A stretch of 64,000 nucleotides of DNA from positions 4,180,578 through 4,244,577 of the forward strand of contig CP136572.1 of assembly GCA_035193785.1 (NCBI GenBank), in the 5' to 3' direction. The first letter of the stretch is position 1, and every line of letters starts with the position of its first letter. Made by a program: the position numbers and the translations under genes. Below, in pieces: positions 47,245-60,098 of the stretch. The notes beneath the pieces were generated by a model. That model was given only the letters and a program-made list of their open reading frames with translations. It did no database searches and had not been told where the DNA came from. The DNA comes from Planktothrix sp. GU0601_MAG3 (lineage in GTDB: Bacteria > Cyanobacteriota > Cyanobacteriia > Cyanobacteriales > Microcoleaceae).

Positions 47245-48193
47245 ATGCGTTCCTATTCTTTAATTGCTCCGGCAAAAATCAACCTTTACTTAGAAATTAT
47301 AGGCGATCGCCCCGACGGATATCACGAACTGGCGATGGTGTTACAAAGTATCAGTTTAGCCGATCAAATTGATATTCAATCAATTGGAATTGATGCCATT
47401 CGTGTCCGTTGTGATCATGCAGAAGTTCCCAATGATCACACCAATTTAGCCTATCGAGCAGCGGCGTTATTAGCTAAACAATTCCCCGATGCTATGGCAC
47501 AATTTGGGGGAGTAGAAATTAACATCAAAAAAAATATTCCCATTGCCGCCGGGTTAGCCGGAGGTTTCCACCGATGCGGCGGCGGTTTTAGTGGGTTTAG
47601 ATCTGATGTGGCAATTAGGCTTAACTCAGAGCGAATTAGAAGTATTAGGATCTCAAATTGGTTCCGATGTTCCCTTTTGTATTCAAGGAGGAACCGCCTT
47701 AGCCACCGGACGGGGGGAAGAACTTTCTCCCCTGAAAAATTTAGATCATTTGTATGTAGTTTTAGCCAAATATCGCCACCTGGGAATTTCTACAATTTGG
47801 GCCTATAAAACCTATCGTCAACAGTTTAGCCAGACCTATGTTTCCCAAGCTCAAGATTTAGAAACCCGTCAACACCGAGTTCATTCGGGGCCAATGGTTT
47901 CTGCCATTATGCACGGACAGGGCGCGGAAATTGGTAAATTATTGCACAATGATTTAGAGAAGGTTGCCTTACCTGAACATCCCCAAGTCCTGGAACTGCG
48001 ACAAGCCTTTGAGTCCCAGGGAGTTCTGGGAACCATGATGTCCGGTTCCGGGCCAACGGTTTTCGCCCTAACCGAATCTGAAGCCGAAGCATTACGGGTT
48101 TTAGAAGCAGTTAAAACCCAAATGGCTAACCCGGAATTAGATTTTTGGACAGCAAAATTTGTCTCAACTGGTATTCGTTTATTACAATTATAA
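47245..48193 (+). CDS. ispE: 4-diphosphocytidyl-2-C-methyl-D-erythritol kinase (frameshift near 47566)
   Basis: APAKINLYL, DGYHEL, IPIAAGLAGG, IGSDVPF and MSGSGPT. Confidence 0.95.
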
Positions 48194-48196
48194 ACC

Positions 48197-48532
48197 ATGA
48201 ATAAAAATACTCCTAAAACCTCTGAAATTTCCTCAAAAACGGATTCAGTTAATTTATTCCGTTGTATTAGTAATGCGGGGATTTATGCCGCCGTTGCCTT
48301 CGGTTTGTATAATGTAACCCATGCTATTTCTGGAAAGTTTGCAGCCAAACCTATCCATTCTGAGAATTTTACCGTGATCCAAATGTCAGCAGCCGTTCGG
48401 ACTCTGGTGGTTGGTGTATTGACGATGGGAACGGTTTTATTTGCTTTCCTAGCTGTAGGATTAATCGGATTAGCTTTTTACGTTAGTATTCAACGGTTAA
48501 TTAAACCTAAGATTCCTTCCTCTGATGGTTGA
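48197..48532 (+). CDS. DUF3082-like membrane protein
   Basis: FAAKPIHS and AVRTLVVG with two TM segments; lies downstream of ispE. Confidence 0.7.
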   Translation: MNKNTPKTSEISSKTDSVNLFRCISNAGIYAAVAFGLYNVTHAISGKFAAKPIHSENFTVIQMSAAVRTLVVGVLTMGTVLFAFLAVGLIGLAFYVSIQRLIKPKIPSSDG

Positions 48533-48543
48533 AAAATGGTATA

Positions 48544-48612
48544 CCTATTCCCTATTCCCTATTCCCTATTCCCTATTCCCTATTCCCTGTTCCCTGTTCC
48601 CTATTCCCTATT
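48544..48612. repeat. STRR (CCTATTC/CCTGTTC)n
   Basis: About 9 tandem heptamers. Confidence 0.9.
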
Positions 48613-48621
48613 TCTTAAAGG

Positions 48622-51101
48622 TTATCGACAACTTAGTGCGGATTTTGGATAAGCAATCCGTTTGTGATTAACTTGTTCCCAAACTCGCACAAAGATTTCA
48701 GCAATTTTTGCCATTTCTGCCCGGGTTAAACCCGAATCAATTAATTGATTATCTTGCCATCGAGCCTTTAATATTTTATTCACCATATTTAATGCTTCTT
48801 CGTGGGTGGCATCTTTGAGCGATCGCAATGCCGCCTCACAGGAATCTGCTAACATAACAATACCCGTTTCTTTCGATTGGGGAATCGGCCCATCATAGCG
48901 AAAATCTTCTTCCCGGACTTCCAATTCAGGATTTTCTTTAGCTAGTTGTTGGGCTTGATAATAGAAATAAGCAATCTGCATACTGCCTTGATGTTCAGGA
49001 ATAAACGATTGAATTGCTTTAGGTAAACGGTATTTTTTCGCCATTACTAACCCCTCACTAACGTGCTTTTTAATGATTTTGGCACTTTCCCAAGGGTTAT
49101 CAATCGTATCATGTTTATTTGTTCCCCCCATTTGATTTTCAATAAATCCTAAAGGGTCGTGCATTTTTCCAATATCATGATATAAAGTTCCCGTTCTCAC
49201 CAATTCCACATTACAGCCCAATTCTTGAGCAGCGGCTTCGGCTAAAGTGGCGACAAACATTGTATGTTGAAAAGTTCCAGGTGCTACGGTCGCCAATTTT
49301 TTTAATAACGGTCGATTGGGATTTGCTAACTCAGCTAATCTAATCGGAGTAATTAAATCAAACAGATGTTCTAAATAGGGACTTAACCCCAAGGCAATAA
49401 TACTCCAGGATACTCCTTCTAATACTTGTAATCCCACAACCTTGAGCAGAACATACCAAATTGATCCCGCCGTAGCACTCGCTATTAAATTAAAAATTAA
49501 GTAAACAGCACCTTGAGCAATTCCCACCTCCAATCCTAATAATGCTAATTCTTCTCGACTGCGAGATTGTCCCGCCAAAAGACTTCCGACTAATCCCCCC
49601 ACAACACTTGATAACAAGTGAAAGCTATCAATTTCCATCCCAATCGGTAATAAAATTGAAAGTAGACCCACCACCGTTACTCCCACGGCCGAAACCATAA
49701 AAACTGCCCACCAATAATCCCACCGCAGGTAAATTAATTAGAGGTAATTTTAATAAAATAATAATTGGCGTACTCAGGGTTAGCAATAATAATAAAAGCC
49801 GATCTCGACGACGTAAACCTCTATGAAATTTCCACTCAACCAATAAAACAATTCCAACTCCGGCACTCACTAACCCCACTAAATTAATTAATCCTTTTGA
49901 ATTAATCCCCCGTTCACTCAAACCAAAATAATCCAGTAAGACAAAATCCCGTTGGGTAATTTTTTGTCCTCTATTAACAATAACTTCTCCCTTATTAATA
50001 TTTACTAAAACCGGTTCAATTTTTTGTGCAACTAACTCCGCTCGACGACGGGTGGCCTCGGGATCTTTAACTAAATTTGCTTTTAAAATTTCGTTTAATA
50101 AATCCGTAGCAAATAATTGAGTTTCTAAGGGAATCGTATATTTAACATGGACTTCAATGGCTTTTTTCAGAATTTCATCAGGTAGGCCAGGAGCAATCCC
50201 CTGAGCTAACATTTCCTCGGTAATTTGAGTAATTCCTTGTTGAGTTTGTAACCAGGTTGGATCAGACCAGCCAAAGATGGACTCACTATAAAAGACTTTT
50301 TGATCAGCTAAAGATTCCTGAGAAAAGGCATTCAATGATGCGGCATATCGCCAACGGGCTTGGGTCACATCGGATAATAATTGTGAAAATTCAATCGGGG
50401 TGGTTTGCTGACGATAAGCCTGTAATTGTGTGAGGGTGTGTTGGCGAATTTCGACTAAGTTGGCCTCTTGCCAATCGGTAAATTTGGTTGGGGTTTTTTT
50501 ATTTGGGGTTTTTGATGGGTTAGTTGGGGGAATTTGTACAATCACCTGTTCGACTTGGGCGATTAAATCTTGCCATTCTCGTTCTGGAACCCCGCGCAAG
50601 TAACCCTGAACTTCCGTTGATAAAATTCCCGTATTCACAAAAGGAAAAGGTTCGGCAATATTGCGGATAGATGTCCCCTGGGCTAATACTTTTTGAATGG
50701 TTTGAGCAATATCTTGATTAACGGCATTGTCAATCACTAAAACGGGAATAGCACCTATTTCAGCGGCTTTACGTTTTTCATCGGTGGTTTTTAGGTCAGG
50801 AACACTGGCATCCCAGGGGGCATTAATGGTTTCCTCGGCAATGCGACCGACATCTAATTTGGGTTGGTTGTAAAATCGAACACCGATAACGCTGGTTAAG
50901 GAAACTACACTCAACAGAAAAAAGCCTGGACTGGTCAGGGAAACTGAATTTTTTTTTGACTTTTCGGGGTTGACGATTGAATAACAATGAAGGGTTGGAA
51001 CTGGATGATTTCGTGGGTGAAGACTGTGTAGGGGGCGAGGCGGGATGGACGCGGCTACAAAGCCGTTCAATCTGTTGCGTCAGAGTAGGTCGCGTATTCA
51101 T
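48622..51101 (-). CDS. 7TM-HD phosphohydrolase, PgpH-like (frameshifts near 50950 and 49690)
   Basis: Extracellular domain and TM region, followed by APGTFQH, YHDIGK, FIENQ, FRYDGPIP and LADSCEAA. Confidence 0.88.
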
Positions 51102-51170
51102 CTGCTTGGAAACTAGATCAAGGGGTTTAGCAGCCGTTTGAACTTAATTGTATAGTATTGTTTTGAGTTT

Positions 51171-52151
51171 TTAGGGAAAGCCAATGACCATTGGTTTTAA
51201 AGGGCGATATACCCCTGACCAAAGGGCAAACAGACCCTGTGCCAAATGTAGCAGTTCTTCCTGAGTGGGGTCGAGTTTTACAGGATTATTTTCGATTTCT
51301 GGATGAGTTAAAGACCAAATAGAGGGGTCTTGAAACTCCAAACGCCATTTTACCGGAATGGCGATTAAGCCTTGATAGGCACCGGATAAAGCCCCGCCAA
51401 TGGCTGCGGTGATTTCGGGTTGATATCCTGTTTGTCGGCATCGCCAAACCGTTAAGGAATAGTCTTCTGGGGTGCTGAGGAAACAATAGAAGCCCAGGGC
51501 CAGGGCTGTCCAATTTTCCGGCTCGAAATGATTGGGGACGGTCGGTTGAGGAGAACGACTCAGTTTGGGGGTTTGGGTCAGTTGACGAACTGCCGTTTCT
51601 AAGGTGGCTTTTTGCTGTAGGAGGGTTTGAGCCTGTTGCAATTTAGCGGTTAAGGCTGATTCGGTTGGTAACAGCTTTAACAAATTGGGAATCAGTTGAT
51701 GGAGTTCTGGACTTTGAGTCAGAATCTGGGCGATCGCAACCGCCATGACCAAAACCCCATCCCAAACACTGGCCAGATGTTCCGGGCTATTCAATCTTAA
51801 CTTTTGTAGGGAACTCAGATTATCGTGAAAAAATAGGGCTAGTGGGAAGCCAGCAATAGCCACCTCACTCCCGGAATTTAACGCCTGTGGGTATGGACTA
51901 GCAGGTTTTTGAGGAATTTCCCATTTTTGAGATTTTTCCCTGTGGTTTGCCACCAATGCCCAGTAGTCAAGGGCATGAAATCCCTGGTGTTGAATTAAGC
52001 TTTGGGCGAGTCCGGGAATTAGTTCCAGACAATTTAGGGAAGAATCGGAAGATCGGGTTTCAGGCCGGGGTTTCAGTTGACCCAACTGATAACCGAGGAC
52101 TATTCCTAGAAAAGCCCCTTGAAATTGGCTGGATAGTGAATATGGCTTCAT
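51171..52151 (-). CDS. ADP-ribosylglycohydrolase-fold protein (degenerate)
   Basis: FQGAFLG N-terminus and [23 protein letters not shown]-terminus. Confidence 0.7.
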   Translation of the reverse strand: MKPYSLSSQFQGAFLGIVLGYQLGQLKPRPETRSSDSSLNCLELIPGLAQSLIQHQGFHALDYWALVANHREKSQKWEIPQKPASPYPQALNSGSEVAIAGFPLALFFHDNLSSLQKLRLNSPEHLASVWDGVLVMAVAIAQILTQSPELHQLIPNLLKLLPTESALTAKLQQAQTLLQQKATLETAVRQLTQTPKLSRSPQPTVPNHFEPENWTALALGFYCFLSTPEDYSLTVWRCRQTGYQPEITAAIGGALSGAYQGLIAIPVKWRLEFQDPSIWSLTHPEIENNPVKLDPTQEELLHLAQGLFALWSGVYRPLKPMVIGFP

Positions 52152-52627
52152 GGAGAGGATTCTAAAGGTTTTTGCCCCTGCAAATGATGAACCAAAGCCT
52201 GTAGTCCCAAGCGGTAACTTTCTGCTCCAAATCCACTAATTTGTCCAACCGACACTGCTGCGATCAAAGAATGATGCCGGAACGCTTCTCGACGGTAAAT
52301 ATTGCTTAGATGTACCTCAACGGTGGGAATTCCGACTCCTGAGATCGCATCTCGAAGGGCAATACTGGTGTGAGTGTAGGCTCCAGCATTAATTAGCAAG
52401 CCTTGGTGTTGCCCGAATGCGGAGTGTATTGCATCCACCAAAACCCCTTCGTGGTTAGACTGGACGATTGAGAGCTTAACAGGGAGTAACTGAGCTTCCT
52501 GTTCCAACAATCGATTAATCCCTTCTAACGTTGTTTTCCCGTAAATTTCGGGTTCTCGCTGACCCAAGAGATTCAAATTGGGGCCATGCAATACTAAAAG
52601 ACTTAGCAACGGAGTAACCTTTATCAA
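52148..52627 (-). CDS. aroQ: Type II 3-dehydroquinate dehydratase
   Basis: [32 protein letters not shown] and EVHLSN. Confidence 0.95.
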   Translation of the reverse strand: MIKVTPLLSLLVLHGPNLNLLGQREPEIYGKTTLEGINRLLEQEAQLLPVKLSIVQSNHEGVLVDAIHSAFGQHQGLLINAGAYTHTSIALRDAISGVGIPTVEVHLSNIYRREAFRHHSLIAAVSVGQISGFGAESYRLGLQALVHHLQGQKPLESSP

Positions 52628-52639
52628 ATGTTAAATTAA

Positions 52640-52777
52640 CTACCTCCGACGGCGGGGCTGATCAACTGGTACGGGAATCGGCTCTACTTCGGGTTGAGTC
52701 GCCGGGCCTAACAGGGCATCAATAAGCTCCTGCGCCCATTCTTTTAACTTTTCCAGTATTCTATCAATGTATTCCAT
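52640..52777 (-). CDS. Small (45 aa) cyanobacterial hypothetical protein
   Basis: MEYIDRILEKLKEWAQELIDALLGPATQPEVEPIPVPVDQPRRRR, with a GGAG RBS upstream. Confidence 0.65.
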   Translation of the reverse strand: MEYIDRILEKLKEWAQELIDALLGPATQPEVEPIPVPVDQPRRRR

Positions 52778-53281
52778 TGAACAAAAAGCTCCTCGCTGTA
52801 AACTAGCTACGCAATCGGACTGGGGGTCAAGGTTAACCGAATGGTTAGCCCAATCACCGCATAAAGCTGAAAACCTAGGCTTGCTATGGGTTAGCAAGTT
52901 TTATCCCTAACAGATATCTTTTCTATATTTCCCATCCTATTATATTACCTCAATTCTAGCTCAAAATTCCATAAAAGTTTCTAAAATTTTTAGCACTTGG
53001 TAATAGGACATCCTAGAATAATCTCTTTAATTTAGGGGATTTTCACAGCCGTAACCATCTCCTATAGCCATGGCATTTAGGATTAATTGAAAACTGGTTT
53101 AATCTGGGTCGCTAATTCACAAATGCCTAACTCAAACAAACCGAGAGAGACACTGTACTAGCTCCATCTTACCAATTTTCCCAATGGGGGTGAGGCATGA
53201 AATCGAACAACACTACCTCTAGCATAACGAATCTTTACAAGTTTAGGCAATAGCTTAACAATTTCTTGTTTCTTGGAACCA

Positions 53282-54539
53282 TCAACCCTGACCAATCAGA
53301 TGACGACGCAGAAAGTCAAGGGCCGTATTGCTACTTACCCGCCGTATCCAGTCCCGACCTCGTTTTTCCCCAAACCGACATTCCAGACTCTCTACTTGGC
53401 CCTGGGGCGTCGCTAAACCAATGTAAACCAGTCCGACGGGTTTGGTCGCCGTCCCTCCCCCTGGCCCGGCAATTCCGGTAATACTTAAACCCCAAGTGGT
53501 TTGTAAAAGATTTTTCACACCGATGGCCATTTGTTCGGCTACGACGGCACTCACGGCCCCGTATTCCTCTAAATCATCGGGGTTGACCTGGAGGACGGCA
53601 GCTTTAACCCGATTATGATAGGCAATTACACCCCCAAGAAAATATTCAGAAACTGCCGGGAATTTGGGTTAGGGTTTGTCCTAAACCTCCGCCAGTACAG
53701 GATTCGGCCACACTCAAGGTGGCTTGATTTTGTTGCAATAATTCCCCCACCACCGAGGCTAGGGTTTGATCATTGGCCCCATAACAATCGAGTCCTGCAA
53801 TTTCTCTTAGTTGGGTTGCAATTGGGGTAATTAATTGTTGGGCAATTTCTGGAGAGTCCGCCCGGGCAGAAATTCTTAATTTCACCTCTCCATGGTTAGC
53901 ATAGGGGGCAACGGTGGGATTTTTTAGATCTAAAAACGGAGCGACTTTTTCGGCTAAAGTGGATTCGGCTATGCCCCAAAATTTGAGGGTACAACTTTGA
54001 ATAATTCCTTGACACCAATTGTTATTTTTTAGATAGGGAATTGCTACATCTGACCACATTTGATAGAGTTCTGCGGGAACCCCAGGAAAGGTTAAAATTG
54101 TCAGCCCATCTCCCCGGGGTTTCCAGATAATTCCGGGGGCTGTTCCGGTTAAGTTGGCTAGAATTTCTGCCCCTTGGGGAATTAGGGCTTGTTTGCGATT
54201 ACTCGCCGACATCACCCGTCCCCGTTGATTAAATTTTTCAGTGATATCTGCAATAATTTCTGGTCTTTCTATTAGGGGAAATCCAAAAAAATCAGCGATG
54301 GTTTCAACGGTTAAATCATCAGGAGTCGGCCCTAAACCTCCGGTGAAAATCAATAATTGGGAGCGTTCAGAGGCGATCGCAATTACTTTTTTTAGGCGTT
54401 CTCGATTATCTCCGACCACACTTTGATAATAATGGGGAATGCCTAATTGAGCCAATTGTTGTCCCAAAAACTGAGCATTGCTATTGAGAATATCACCCAA
54501 AAGTAATTCCGTACCGACACAAATAATTTCAGCAACCAT
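53282..54539 (-). CDS. cinA: Competence/damage-inducible protein CinA (MoCF_biosynth plus PncC), frameshift near 53650
   Basis: VGTELLLG, GGLGPTPDDLT, AESCTGG and TGIAGPGG. Confidence 0.93.
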
Positions 54540-54628
54540 ATTTTATCTAAAAATTGTAGGATTTTTGGATTTAATCTAAAGTAAAGGCAGGGGCGAGGTT
54601 TTGCTACCCCTATAAACCCTTGACTAAG

Positions 54629-55722
54629 TTAAGAATTCAAACGTTTTTGTTTAGCTTTATAGCTACGAAATGTGGTGACAATTAAGGTAATAATTGTAAT
54701 CGGAATTACAAAACTGATCATCACCAAATTAAACAGGGGAAGTTGAGAATGTTGGGAGGAATCTAGGATTAAATAGAGAGCATAGGCAAAATAATAGGCT
54801 AGAAAAAGTACCCCTTCCCAACGGTCAATAGATTTGCCCGTATAAAAAATTGGGAAACAGGAAATTGCCACGGCAATCATCACTGGGATATCAAAATTTA
54901 AGGCAGCAGTAGAAACATTAATTCCTTCGGGGGAAATAGCAGAGGAGAGTCCTAAAACTGCTAGAATATTAAAAATATTGCTGCCGATGACATTCCCAAC
55001 GGCAATATCCCGTTCTCCTTTAATTGTAGCCACAACGGAACTGGCTAATTCTGGCAGGGAAGTTCCGGCGGCTACAATAGTTAATCCGATGACTAATTCA
55101 CTAACTCCAATGGCTCTAGCGATGGAAATTGAACTTTCAACCAGCCAATTAGACCCTTGAACTAATAATACCAATCCAATCCCAATAAAACTGATATTAA
55201 TAATCCAGTTTTTTGGGGTATTTTTAACTATATTCTGGGATTCATTTTCCGAAGATTCCTCATTTTTTTGTTTCTTGGCTTCATAAATTAAAAACAGAGT
55301 ATAAACAACTGCCCCAATAAATAAAATCGTGCCATCAACCCGGCTAATTTTGCCATCACTGCCAAACATTAAGGTTAAAACAGATACGCCAATCATAATT
55401 GGAACATCTAACCGAATTAACTGATTAGCTACCATTAAAGGAGCAATTAAAGCCGAAATTCCTAATATGATTAACACATTAAAAATATTGCTTCCAACTA
55501 CATTTCCTAATGCAATATCGGGTTGACCAGCAAAAGCTGATTGAACACTAACTGACATTTCGGGAGAACTGGTTCCATAAGCAACAATTGTTAGCCCCAC
55601 AAGTAAGGAAGGAATTCCCAAAATTGAAGCAATGGTTGAGGCGCCACGAACTAATAGTTTTCTGCTCCCAAAACCAGTAGGACTAAACCCGCTATCAGTA
55701 ACAAAATCACGCTCAAGCTCAT
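54629..55722 (-). CDS. Ca2+/Na+ antiporter, YrbG/CaCA family (frameshift near 55660)
   Basis: Duplicated alpha repeats GTSSPE/GTSLPE and GNVVGSNIFN; corrected start MSLSVILLLIAGLVLLVLGAE. Confidence 0.9.
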
Positions 55723-55907
55723 ACAATAAAAATCCTTAACCGTTAAAATTTGGTCTTTTTGTTTACAATCAAAGATCACAACGCCTTTTGTCAATTTATC
55801 ATGGTTTTAATCGACTTTGTTATTGGGGGTGTGGTAAAGTGGAGGGGTTGGGATTTCGACCCCTATAGACCTAATTTGTTTAAACCATAAATTTTGAGGA
55901 ATAAAAC

Positions 55908-56459
55908 ATGACCTATTCAGAAGATTTAACCACCTTGGTTGTTGTCGCTTATCCTGAGCAAGAAAAAGCCAAAGAAGTTTTAAAAGAACTCAAGGAATTA
56001 CAAGCACAAGGAATTATTTCGATTGTCAATGCTGCGGTGATGGTTAAGAATGAAAAAGGGAAAGTTGCGATTAGTGAAACCGGAGATACGGACGCTAAGG
56101 GTGGAGCCATTATTGGCGGGATTACGGCGGGATTAATTGCCCTATTTAACCCGATTGGAGCATTAGGAGTAATTGCCTTAACCGCAGGTGGGGCAGGAGT
56201 TGGAGCCTTAATTACCCATTTTATTGATTTGGGATTTCCCCAAGAAGATCTCAAAGAATTGTCGGAATCCTTAACCCCGGGAAGTTCGGCAATTATTGCC
56301 TTAGTTGAGCATACTTGGGTTGATAAATTAACGGAAACTTTAGAGGAGTATGCCGGAAAAATGTATAAACGTTCGATTAAATCGGATATTGCTTCTCAAC
56401 TGGAAACAACAGCAAAAACAGTCAATACTGAAGTGGAATCTACACCGCCAGAAGCTTAA
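55908..56459 (+). CDS. DUF1269 family membrane protein
   Basis: Gly/Ala-rich hairpin, DLGFP and LTPGSSAI. Confidence 0.75.
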   Translation: MTYSEDLTTLVVVAYPEQEKAKEVLKELKELQAQGIISIVNAAVMVKNEKGKVAISETGDTDAKGGAIIGGITAGLIALFNPIGALGVIALTAGGAGVGALITHFIDLGFPQEDLKELSESLTPGSSAIIALVEHTWVDKLTETLEEYAGKMYKRSIKSDIASQLETTAKTVNTEVESTPPEA

Positions 56460-56473
56460 TTAGTTTGATCAAG

Positions 56474-56497
56474 AATAGGTGGGTTTTCCACCTATTT
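56474..56497. terminator. Hairpin between convergent genes (possible bidirectional terminator)
   Basis: aataggtgg-gtttt-ccacctatt. Confidence 0.5.
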
Positions 56498-57109
56498 AAT
56501 TTTTTGATTCAGAGCATTCTGGGCGATTTTAGTGATATAAATTGTAACAATGACCGTGGCAATTAAACCGATTCCATATAATAACCATTCCACCTGGGTA
56601 CGCGATCGCTCTCCCATTCCTAACTGGGCTAAACTTCCGATTAAAGATCCCACATAAACATATAAAATTGTACCGGGTAACATCCCAATCCAAGAGGCTA
56701 AAAAATAATCTTTTAAGGAAACATTCGTCAGTCCAAAGGCATAATTAAGTAAATTAAATGGAAAAATCGGAGACAGACGAGTTAAACCCACAATTTTCCA
56801 TCCCTCCTGACCCACCGCTTGATCAATTGCTTTAAAACTTTCGTAATTTTCGAGTTTTTTGGCAACCCAATCCCGGGCAAAATATCGTCCAATTAAAAAG
56901 GCAAAGGTAGCCCCAATTACCGAACCAATGGAAACATAAATTACACCCCAAAATACACCAAAAATAACTCCAGCACCTAACGTTAATATAGAACCCGGAA
57001 TAAATAATACTGTAGCTAAATTATAGATAATAATAAATGCTACTGGCCCCCAAAATCCCAGATTTGCCACCCAATCTAAGAGATTTTTTAATAATTCTTG
57101 AACGTCCAT
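56492..57109 (-). CDS. TVP38/TMEM64 (DedA/SNARE-associated) membrane protein
   Basis: PGSILTLGAG and RLSPIFPFNLLNYAFG. Confidence 0.9.
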   Translation of the reverse strand: MDVQELLKNLLDWVANLGFWGPVAFIIIYNLATVLFIPGSILTLGAGVIFGVFWGVIYVSIGSVIGATFAFLIGRYFARDWVAKKLENYESFKAIDQAVGQEGWKIVGLTRLSPIFPFNLLNYAFGLTNVSLKDYFLASWIGMLPGTILYVYVGSLIGSLAQLGMGERSRTQVEWLLYGIGLIATVIVTIYITKIAQNALNQKIK

Positions 57110-57220
57110 TTTATTTCCCCAAGTATTTAAAATTATATCCCTGATCAGGTTAGTTTGGAAAACTTTTTTGTGTATTTATGGTTAAATTTGACTTTACACC
57201 TGTCAAGATCACCTATAATT

Positions 57221-58208
57221 TCAAACTAAAGAACCTCCACAACTAGAAACCACATCCGGCGGTACATCCATAACAATAGGAAGCTGTTTTTACGGTGTTA
57301 ATTAAATCTAAATTATTAGCATCTAATAAATCACTAACTGTTAATAATTTTCCCGAAGCATTCCGGGCGGGAATGTTTTCCATTTGGTTAAAATCACAAT
57401 CATAAATATAGCCCTGATAATCAATAGATAATTGATTTCGACACATTAAATTAGATACTGTTTCGGGATTATAATTAGATTCTAAAAACTCTAAATAGGA
57501 AGATTCTAATTTTTTCTGCTGTAAATAGGATTTGGTGCGCCCAATGGGTAAATTAGTAATCGTTAATAACTGATTAAAATGAATATCAAAATGTTGTTTT
57601 AAATAAGCTTTATACGCTTGTTCAAGTTGCAATTGTTCGGGGGGTAAGGTAAACTTTTCAGCCGTTGGTAAGGTGGGGTTATAAACCAAATCTAAGATTA
57701 ATTCCGGTATTTTACCATAGCCCAAACGGTTTAACCATTGAATCGCTTGAATGGAATCCTGATAGACTCCCTTTCCTCGCATTTTATCTACATTATCTTC
57801 TAAATAACAGGGCAAAGATGCAACAATTCTTAATTGATTATCTGCACAATATTCGGGGATATCTTCATAACCTGGGACAAAATAAATCGTTAAATTAGAC
57901 CTAACAATCACTTGTTTTCCAAGGTTTCTAGCTGCTTCTACTAAAGGTTTAAATCCATAATTCATTTCTGGAGCCCCTCCGGTTAAATCTACCGTTTGAA
58001 TTTGGGGAAAACGATTAATTAATTCAATCAATTGTAAACTAATCTCTAGGTCTAGTTCTTCGGTGCGTTTTGGCCCAGCTTCGACATGACAATGGTTACA
58101 AGCTAGATTACACCGTTTTCCTAAATTAATTTGTAATATTGTAATCGGTTGTTTGGTGAGGGGAAAACCGAGTTTTTGTGAAAACGGGGTCAGCGTTGTT
58201 TGAATCAT
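57221..58208 (-). CDS. arsS: Arsenosugar biosynthesis radical SAM protein ArsS, DUF3641 (frameshift near 57248)
   Basis: CNLACNHCH, TGGAPE, ASLPCY, LMCR and YDCDFNQ; corrected C-terminus CYGCTAGCGSSCGGSLV*. Confidence 0.82.
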
Positions 58209-58303
58209 GAGTTAAATTGGGATTAACTGTAATATTTAGCTTCTGCTAATTTTAGCATAAGAATAGCGATATAATTTTATTAAAGATTAAATTTCTCATA
58301 TCA

Positions 58304-59675
58304 ATGTTACCTTTTTTATCGCGTATCCCGTCTTTACACCCGGAATCGAAATTTCTGACCGTCTGGGAAGCATTACTGGTTTTTGTCACCCTATATAACT
58401 GTTTTATTATTCCCTTTCGCATGGCGTTTAATGCCATAATTTTTGATTTTTGGTTTCTGATAGATTGTCTAGCAGACTTTATTTTAATTTTAGATATTTT
58501 TTTGAGATTTCATATTGGCTATATTGATGAGGGAGAAGTCGTCAAGGATAAACAAAAAATTAGCCATTATTATCGCAATACAGACTTTAAATCTAATCTA
58601 TTAGCGAGTTTACCTATCAATATATTGGTTTATTTGTTTTTCCCTCATACTTCTTTATTTTTAATCGGTTTATTTAGAATACCTAGACTTTTAAGGTTTC
58701 CTCAATGTTTCTTGATTTTCAAAAAATGGGACAATAATGTTTATTTTAATTCTGCTGTTATCCGAATGTTTGAATTATTAATTATTGTATTTTTAATTGA
58801 TCATTGGATAGCCTGTTTATGGTTTTTCATTGGGAATATAACTGGACAATCAGGAGAATCTTGGCTACAAATTGATGATTTATATTTAGAAAATACAACA
58901 ACACAATATTTGCATTCCTTGTATTGGTCAATCACAACTTTAACAACCGTAGGTTATGGTGATATTACGCCTCAAAATAATATCGAACTTATCTTTGCAT
59001 TTACAGTCATGTTTTTGGGGGCATCACTGTATGCCTTTATTATTGGGAATGTAGCAGCAATAATTGCTAATTTAGACGCCAGTAAAAACCGATTTCGAGA
59101 TAAATTAGGTCAAGTTCAATCCTATATGTGGGAAAGACAAATTCCCCGGTCTTTACAAAAAAACGTCTTGGATTATTACCAATATATGTGGGAATATAAT
59201 CGGGATGTTTCCATGGATTTTGAATTATTAGATGAACTCCCTCACTCCCTAAAAACCCAAATCTATTGTTATCTCTATCAAGAACTATTAGAAAAAGTTC
59301 CTATTTTCCAAGATGCTGAAACCCTGTTTTATTGAAGACTTAGTAATTAAATTAAAACCCAGAATTCTCCCCCCTAATGACTATGTAATTCGAGAAGACC
59401 AAATGGGTCAGGAAATGTACTTTGTAAAACGGGGACAACTGCAAGCCTTTTCTGAAAAAACCGGAAAAGTTTATAACGTCATGGCGGTGGGTTCCTTTTT
59501 TGGTGAAATTGCCTTACTTTATGATAGTCGTCGCACGGCTTCAGTGAAAACCTTAACTTATTGTGAGTTATTTGTTCTGTATAAGGAAGATTTCGATAAA
59601 GTCCTAAAAAATTATCCGAAATTCTCAGAAGAAATCAAACAAATCGCCGAAAAACGGTATCAGTCCCGGGAATAA
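58304..59675 (+). CDS. Cyclic-nucleotide-gated K+ channel (frameshift near 59320)
   Basis: TTVGYGD selectivity filter, C-linker, and a cNMP domain (FGEIALL..RRTASV). Confidence 0.92.
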
Positions 59676-59731
59676 TTTTCATTCAGTGATTAGCCCCATC
59701 AATTAGAGAAAAAATGCTAATCACTGATAAT

Positions 59732-60016
59732 TTATCGATTAATCGGCTGTTCCAATTGTGCCGGACGACCCGTAATATTAAATCTCTGCATCAAATACAA
59801 AACCCCCGCCGCCATAAACACTCCAATAATTAACCCAATTACCGTTAAAATAATAAACGAACGTTGAATAATTTCTAAGGTTCTAGGGTCATGTTTTATC
59901 CCTTTAACATCTTCAATTTCCTCAGAAACTTCACTAGGTTCAGGTTGGGGAAAGTGCAGTTTATTGGCGTTGCCATTTTGATTAAACGGGTCAGGATTAT
60001 TTGAGGGAAAATTCAT
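59732..60016 (-). CDS. Hypothetical single-TM protein
   Basis: Acidic N-terminus and one hydrophobic helix. Confidence 0.55.
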   Translation of the reverse strand: MNFPSNNPDPFNQNGNANKLHFPQPEPSEVSEEIEDVKGIKHDPRTLEIIQRSFIILTVIGLIIGVFMAAGVLYLMQRFNITGRPAQLEQPINR

Positions 60017-60098
60017 AATCAAATCCAAAATGATTTAAACCGTTAACTGATTCTATTATATAAATACTCGGACTTACTGAATTTCTTCTCTTTTAACC

